Below, piece after piece: positions 58,801 to 64,000 of a DNA stretch of 64,000 nucleotides (position 1 is its first letter; the number at the start of each line of letters is the position of its first letter). The DNA is taken from contig JALHMJ010000011.1 in NCBI GenBank assembly GCA_022844105.1, positions 35,737-99,736 of the forward strand. The letters are read 5' to 3'. A program made the translations under genes and the position numbers. The notes below the pieces were generated by a model. It was not told the DNA's origin. It searched no databases and saw nothing but the letters and a program-made list of their open reading frames with translations. The DNA is from Hyphomicrobium sp. Its GTDB lineage: Bacteria > Pseudomonadota > Alphaproteobacteria > Rhizobiales > Hyphomicrobiaceae.

Positions 58801-60864
58801 ATGAGCACACTAGACGATAAAATCAATGAACGCTTCCCAGGGCTCGTCGTCCGCAAGGACCTCGTGAAGGCCGTAAAGGGCAATGCCATCGTTCCCACCT
58901 ACGTGCTGGAGTATCTGCTCGGGCAATACTGCGCGACGAACGATGAAGCGAGCATCAAGTCTGGCATTGAGACGGTCAAGGAAATCCTGAGCCGTCACTA
59001 CGTCCACCGGAACGAAGCCGGGCTGGTCCGCTCCAACATCCGTGAAAAAGGACGTTACAAAGTCATCGACAATATCAGTGTGGCGCTCAACGACAAAAGC
59101 GACACCTACGAGGCGACCTTTGCCAATCTTGGCATAAAAAAAGTACTTGTCGATGCCACCACCGTCAAGGCTCACCCAAAGCTTCTCGTGAGTGGCGTCT
59201 GGTGCATAGCAGACATTGAGTACGAGGCCAGCGAAGATAAGAATGTCACCCCGTGGATTCTAAGCAGCCTCAAGCCGATCCAGCTGTCGCACTTTGACTT
59301 CGACGCTTATCTTCAGGCACGCTCCGCGTTTACCACCGATGAGTGGATTGATCTGCTGATCCAGAGCCTCGGCTTCAACCCGGAGCTGTTTGGGAGGCGA
59401 AGTAAGTTTATCCAACTCATGCGGCTCGTGCCGTTCGTCGAGCGCAACTACAATCTCATTGAGCTTGGCCCGAAAGGAACGGGCAAGTCACACATCTATT
59501 CCGAGTTCTCACCACATGGAATTCTGATCTCGGGCGGCGAGGTTAGTGTTCCCAAGCTATTCGTCAACAATAGTAGCGGCAAGATCGGTCTAGTCGGCTA
59601 CTGGGACGTTGTTGCGTTTGACGAGTTTGCCGGCAAGCAAAAGCGCGTCGATAAAGCCCTTGTCGACATCATGAAGAATTATATGGCCAACAAGACGTTT
59701 TCTCGTGGAGTGGAAACACTCGGTGCCGAAGCTTCAATGGTCTTTGTTGGCAACACGAAGCACAACGTTCCCTACATGCTGAAGCATTCTGATTTCTTCG
59801 ATGAACTCCCAGACAAGTACTACGACTCCGCTTTCATCGATCGTCTCCACGCCTACATTCCCGGGTGGGAAACCGAAGTGATCCGCGGTGAAATGTTCTC
59901 CACCGGATATGGGTTCGTCGTCGACTACCTAGCCGAGATATTGCGGCATCTGCGCAATCAGGATTTTTCAGATCGCTACAAAGGCACGTTCGAACTGTCG
60001 TCTGATATCTCGACGCGTGACCGTGATGGCATTAACAAAACCTTCTCCGGTCTCATGAAGACTCTGTTCCCCTCTGGGGACGCCGAACCTCAGGAACTCG
60101 AAGAACTGCTCAGATTCGCAATCGAGGGTCGGAAGCGGGTCAAGGATCAGCTAAAGCGCATTGATGCGACATACCCTGACACCGATTTCTACTATCAGGA
60201 TGTCGAAGGAAACAAAGTGGGTGTGACCACACTCGAAGAGGCGGAGTATCCGAGCTATTATCACCGTAGAGCGATGTCGAAGGAATTGGACAGTGGACCA
60301 GAAGAACATTCCTCGGTAGCGCCCAGCGGCAAAGGCGATCGGCAGTTGAGCCAGGACTCGAAGTCGTCTGCTAGCACTCCCAAGCCGGGACACTTCACAT
60401 TTTCTGAAAACCAGAAGGGCGTTTCTTATGATGGTTTGCTCGGTCCCTACTTGACCGGTGCCCGGCAGATCACCCTGACCGATCCCTATCTTCGCCTGTT
60501 CTACCAGCTGCGTAACCTAATGGAGTTTATCGAAACTGTAGCAAAGCGAAAAGCACCGGAAGATGAAGCTGCCGTTCACGTCGTAACAGTCGAAGACGTA
60601 TCAAAACCGGACCAGCAACGCGAGCAGCTTGAACGTATTCAAGAGGCGAGCAGGTCGGCAGGCATTGCCTTCACATGGGAGTTCGATAACTCCGGGACAA
60701 TTCATGCTCGGCACATTGTGACTGATACGGGGTGGAAGATCTCACTGGATCGAGGGCTGGACGTATTTCAGCGCTACGAAATGAACGATACCTTCAGCCT
60801 CGCCAATAGAATGCAAGAGTTCCGTCCATGCAAGGCTTTTGAAATGACGAGCATTCGACTGTAG
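58801..60864 (+). CDS. brxL: BREX Lon-like protease BrxL
   Basis: 687 aa. LVVRKDLVKAVKGNAIVPTYVLEYLLGQYC N-terminus, P-loop GPKGTGKSH (59467-59490). Last gene of the BREX-1 order. Confidence 0.92.
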   Translation: MSTLDDKINERFPGLVVRKDLVKAVKGNAIVPTYVLEYLLGQYCATNDEASIKSGIETVKEILSRHYVHRNEAGLVRSNIREKGRYKVIDNISVALNDKSDTYEATFANLGIKKVLVDATTVKAHPKLLVSGVWCIADIEYEASEDKNVTPWILSSLKPIQLSHFDFDAYLQARSAFTTDEWIDLLIQSLGFNPELFGRRSKFIQLMRLVPFVERNYNLIELGPKGTGKSHIYSEFSPHGILISGGEVSVPKLFVNNSSGKIGLVGYWDVVAFDEFAGKQKRVDKALVDIMKNYMANKTFSRGVETLGAEASMVFVGNTKHNVPYMLKHSDFFDELPDKYYDSAFIDRLHAYIPGWETEVIRGEMFSTGYGFVVDYLAEILRHLRNQDFSDRYKGTFELSSDISTRDRDGINKTFSGLMKTLFPSGDAEPQELEELLRFAIEGRKRVKDQLKRIDATYPDTDFYYQDVEGNKVGVTTLEEAEYPSYYHRRAMSKELDSGPEEHSSVAPSGKGDRQLSQDSKSSASTPKPGHFTFSENQKGVSYDGLLGPYLTGARQITLTDPYLRLFYQLRNLMEFIETVAKRKAPEDEAAVHVVTVEDVSKPDQQREQLERIQEASRSAGIAFTWEFDNSGTIHARHIVTDTGWKISLDRGLDVFQRYEMNDTFSLANRMQEFRPCKAFEMTSIRL

Positions 60865-60894
60865 CGCAATGACGCGGCGCTGCTCCATGTGCGG

Positions 60895-63800
60895 TCATAT
60901 TGGCAAGGCGTTCAAGTTCGCCGGGGCAGTTAGTACTTTGATTTGATCGTTGCTTGAATTTCCAATTCGAGTTCCCTGAGCGAGCTCCACAAACCTGCAG
61001 AACGCATTCACCAGCTGTATCTGGCGCGGTGTCCGGCACTCGGCTTCGAGCAGCTGAGGGGAAGCCACGACAATCGAGATGCACTTTGCCCGCGACGTCG
61101 CGACATTCAGCCGATTCAGGCTGTAGAGGAACTCCATGCCGCGCGGCGCATCGGCGTGACTGGATGTGGCCATGGAGTAGATAGCGATGGGAGCTTCCTG
61201 CCCCTGGAATTTATCGACGGTTCCGACGCGAGCTCCCGGAATGCGCTGCTGAATCTCAAAGACCTGCGCGTTGTAGGGCGTGATGATGACAATGTCGTCC
61301 AAGGTGAGAGCGGCCTCGTGGCCGTCCCTATCGATCCACTGAGGGCTCGTGCCAAGGATGCTTGCAACAAGCGAACGAACAGCCTCCGCCTCTTCGGGCG
61401 AACAATTCTGATTTCCGGTATGCGAAACGGGAAGAAATCGAAGGCCCGCGCCACTGACCGGCCCATCTGACTTTACCGTCTGAATATCGAGCCCATCCTT
61501 CGAGGCCAGCTTACCATCATAGAACAGCTCTGACGTGAAAGCCGTAATGGACGGGTGAAGACGCCAGGTCTCAGCGAGGAACAGCCCCTTGTCGGCCGGC
61601 ACTGTATGCGCACCATCGAGAATGTAGGATAGCGCCGAAACATCGGTCTCCTCGGGATGTGTGCCTTTCATGGGCTGATCAAGTTGCTGCGGATCGCCGA
61701 GGAGAACGACGGTCTTCGCCGACTGCGAGACGGCCAGCACATTGGCCAGCGACATCTGGGCCGCCTCATCGACAAACAACACGTCGAGACGCTCAAGCGC
61801 TTCTGGCCGCGACCAAAGCCATGCCGTGCCGCCGCCAACCTGGATGTTTGAGCCCAGCGCTTGGAAGAAGACGGGATTGTCTTTCACGAGAGTCAGCATC
61901 GGCAGCGCAGGGCTTGGATCGGGCGTTTTGTGAGCGCAGTCGATCGTCATATTCTGCTTGGTGGCTTCCTTGATCACGCCATCGATCAAATTGCGAATGA
62001 CCTTATGACTGTTACCCGTGATCCCGACGGTCTTTCCCTGACGGACCAGTTCGCAGATCATTTGCGCGCCGGTAAAGGTTTTGCCGGCTCCCGGTGGTCC
62101 CTGGATTGGCAGAACGCCTCCGGCGAGATGCTGAGCCAGTCTGACGGCAGCCTCCGTGGCTGTTTCGCCATCGCATTTGAGCGGCTGCCCGCCTGTGCGC
62201 GGCGGAGATTTGAGCAAGAGATCCCGCGCGGCCTGATATTGGCCACTGCCGGAGAGGCCATGCTCGACTACATATTCAGCAAGGCGGGCCAGCGCTTCAG
62301 AAATCTCTTCGGTGCCGACGTGATCATGTTCGAAGACAGCGGGCGGATGGGTTCCCGCGAAGGCCCCACTCTTCTTGATATCGATCGTGCGCTTCTCAAA
62401 ATCGATTGCGCAAACCTCACCGACCTGACCACCGCCTGGAGCCGAGACCTTCTTATCTGTTCGGATATCAGTGTCCTGTGGCGGGAAGCTGTAGCGATGT
62501 ATGGGATTGCGCGCTTTGCTGCCCGGCGGGTGTGGAATAGTAATCACGAACTGCAAACCGCCCAATCCGGCACGCTCATCCAGCAGATCCTCAGAATCCA
62601 AATCGCGAAGCCGGAAATACTCCCACCACGTGGCCTTCTCCTCGCGCCGATGGAAGTCGAGAATATTGGCCAGAATCCATCGCCCATGCTGTTCGGGTGT
62701 TCGCTCGGCCGGGTCGATGGGCACATCGGCGGTTAGGCTCTCGATCAGCGGCTCAATCCGCTGCAACCAAGCGGTTATTTTTTCCTGTGGCGCTCCATCT
62801 TGGCCGGGGGGCGGCCGAGCCACGTCAGTACCATTGGCAATCTGCTCAGACCGTAAGCGCTCCAGCCAATCACGCAAACTGGAAGCAGAGCGGCAATCAT
62901 CCTTATTGTAGGCGCGAACGGCCTCTTTGGTATCCTCCGGGATGCCTTGTATGTCACCCAGTTCAAGCCCGGCTTGGAGCGTTGCTAATGCGGTGCTGGC
63001 GTCGGTCAGTGGCATGTCGCGTACAAAGTCGAAGAAGGGCTCCAGCTGCTTGATTGAGTAACTCTCGACGCTGGCGCGAAGTGCGCGGCGAACCACCTGA
63101 TAAAGATCGACGAAGAGCCCGGCGCGGAGCATCCGATCGATTTCTTCTTCGCGCGTTGCATAACGCCCCATCAACCGCTTGAGCGCGGCTGGTTCGTAGG
63201 GCGCGTAATGATAGATGTGAAGGCCAGGGTGCTGTTCCCGGCGCGCCATGATGAAATCGACAAAATCTTCAAAGGCCTTCTTCTCATCAGCGCGCGAGAA
63301 CGCCCAATCACACTGATAGTGATCAACGCCATCGTCGCTGTAGAGATAGCCGAACAGGTATTCGATCCCATGCTCGCCAACAAACGGATCTCCCTCGAAG
63401 TCTAGGAAGACATCGCCTTGAGATGGTTCCGGCAAGCACGTGAGCCCAAACCCTGCTTCGACCGGCAGCACTTCGAACTGGCGCTCACCAGTCAGTCGTG
63501 CATCCAGCTGAAGACTCGCCTGCTCACGGATGCGCGTATAACTTTCGGCTGAGCCTCTATCGGGCTTCCACCCCAGAGGAAGGAGAACGGCCGCTAGTTG
63601 GGCCAGGGTTGAAACGCCGCGCGATTTGAGTTCCGCCGTTTGAATTTTGCTGATGCCGGCTACGAGACACAAATGGTCGTCATCTCTTCGCCGCTTATCG
63701 CAAGTCTGCCGCCAGCGGCAGATATCGCAATGCTCTTTTGGCTCGGGGTAGACATCGCCAGTGTCAGCCAAGGCAATGGCACCAGAGAGCCCGCGCTTTA

Positions 63801-64000
63801 CTTTGCGGAAGTAGGCCGCACAATCAGCGTAGCGGAACCGCTGCGGGACAAAGTCCGACCAGGGCGCAACAACATACATGTACTCCGGTTCGACGCCTTG
63901 AGCAGCCGTTAGAAGGTCGGCATAAAGGCAGAGCTGCAGAACAGCACCCGCCTTCGTTTCACGGGCCAGCTTGGTGTCGATGACTTCGTAAGACCAGGCA
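60895..64000 (-). CDS. Cas4/RecB-like Fe-S nuclease + RNase-H-fold exonuclease + Upf1/DNA2-like SF1 helicase fusion (N-terminus beyond the window)
   Basis: The frame stays open upstream of the ORF-track ATG (63879) to nt 64000 (…YEVIDTKLARETKAGAVLQLCLYADLL, an ExK-type PD-(D/E)xK segment). CDICRWRQTC (63700-63729). DVFLDFEGDPF...EYLFGY (around 63382-63414). Helicase motifs GPPGAGKTF (around 62069-62100), FVDEAAQMS (around 61753-61776), LLGDPQQL, WRLHPSI, DKFQGQEAP, LNVATSRAK. Confidence 0.85.
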   Translation of the reverse strand, partial: AWSYEVIDTKLARETKAGAVLQLCLYADLLTAAQGVEPEYMYVVAPWSDFVPQRFRYADCAAYFRKVKRGLSGAIALADTGDVYPEPKEHCDICRWRQTCDKRRRDDDHLCLVAGISKIQTAELKSRGVSTLAQLAAVLLPLGWKPDRGSAESYTRIREQASLQLDARLTGERQFEVLPVEAGFGLTCLPEPSQGDVFLDFEGDPFVGEHGIEYLFGYLYSDDGVDHYQCDWAFSRADEKKAFEDFVDFIMARREQHPGLHIYHYAPYEPAALKRLMGRYATREEEIDRMLRAGLFVDLYQVVRRALRASVESYSIKQLEPFFDFVRDMPLTDASTALATLQAGLELGDIQGIPEDTKEAVRAYNKDDCRSASSLRDWLERLRSEQIANGTDVARPPPGQDGAPQEKITAWLQRIEPLIESLTADVPIDPAERTPEQHGRWILANILDFHRREEKATWWEYFRLRDLDSEDLLDERAGLGGLQFVITIPHPPGSKARNPIHRYSFPPQDTDIRTDKKVSAPGGGQVGEVCAIDFEKRTIDIKKSGAFAGTHPPAVFEHDHVGTEEISEALARLAEYVVEHGLSGSGQYQAARDLLLKSPPRTGGQPLKCDGETATEAAVRLAQHLAGGVLPIQGPPGAGKTFTGAQMICELVRQGKTVGITGNSHKVIRNLIDGVIKEATKQNMTIDCAHKTPDPSPALPMLTLVKDNPVFFQALGSNIQVGGGTAWLWSRPEALERLDVLFVDEAAQMSLANVLAVSQSAKTVVLLGDPQQLDQPMKGTHPEETDVSALSYILDGAHTVPADKGLFLAETWRLHPSITAFTSELFYDGKLASKDGLDIQTVKSDGPVSGAGLRFLPVSHTGNQNCSPEEAEAVRSLVASILGTSPQWIDRDGHEAALTLDDIVIITPYNAQVFEIQQRIPGARVGTVDKFQGQEAPIAIYSMATSSHADAPRGMEFLYSLNRLNVATSRAKCISIVVASPQLLEAECRTPRQIQLVNAFCRFVELAQGTRIGNSSNDQIKVLTAPANLNALPI

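Overview
The first ~44.7 kb is ordinary high-GC alphaproteobacterial core chromosome. The gene content and order look Hyphomicrobiales-like. It holds the smc 3' end, a REP-like hairpin array, the F0 ATP synthase operon atpI-B-E-F'-F and ispH-thrB-rnhA. It also holds a Prx5 peroxiredoxin, a DsbD-alpha-like protein, yqgE, and a 1271-aa 7TMR-DISM/PAS/GGDEF/EAL protein with degenerate catalytic motifs and a Pro-rich tail. Further genes are the thrC-M16 peptidase-GNAT chain, the aa3 oxidase cluster ctaC-D-B-(small ORF)-G-E with DUF983 and SURF1, and IalB. The remainder is a TetR-MFP-RND efflux operon, DUF533, a DevBCA/MacAB-like ABC exporter, DUF2147, an esterase, an orphan 624-aa envelope protein and a pabB-pabC fusion.

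An initiator tRNA-fMet (44997-45073) marks the left edge of a lower-GC genomic island that runs off the right end of the window. The island carries:
- a large serine recombinase whose 3' end reads antisense into the tRNA, across duplicated att-like repeats
- a 57-aa upstream ORF with a good promoter
- ~0.55 kb of unexplained non-coding DNA
- a solo Phd/YefM-like gene overlapping brxA
- a complete, translationally coupled type 1 BREX locus (brxA-brxB-brxC-pglX-pglZ-brxL)
- convergent on brxL, a gene of more than 1030 aa fusing a Cas4-like Fe-S nuclease, an RNase-H-fold exonuclease and an Upf1-like SF1 helicase, truncated by the window edge

BREX itself is a known system. The parts worth a second look are the nuclease-exonuclease-helicase neighbour, the Phd-like gene coupled to an N-terminally extended BrxA, the sharp low-GC cassette inside pglX, and the recombinase/tRNA junction. 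All calls come from reading the translations and sequence by eye. No database searches were run.
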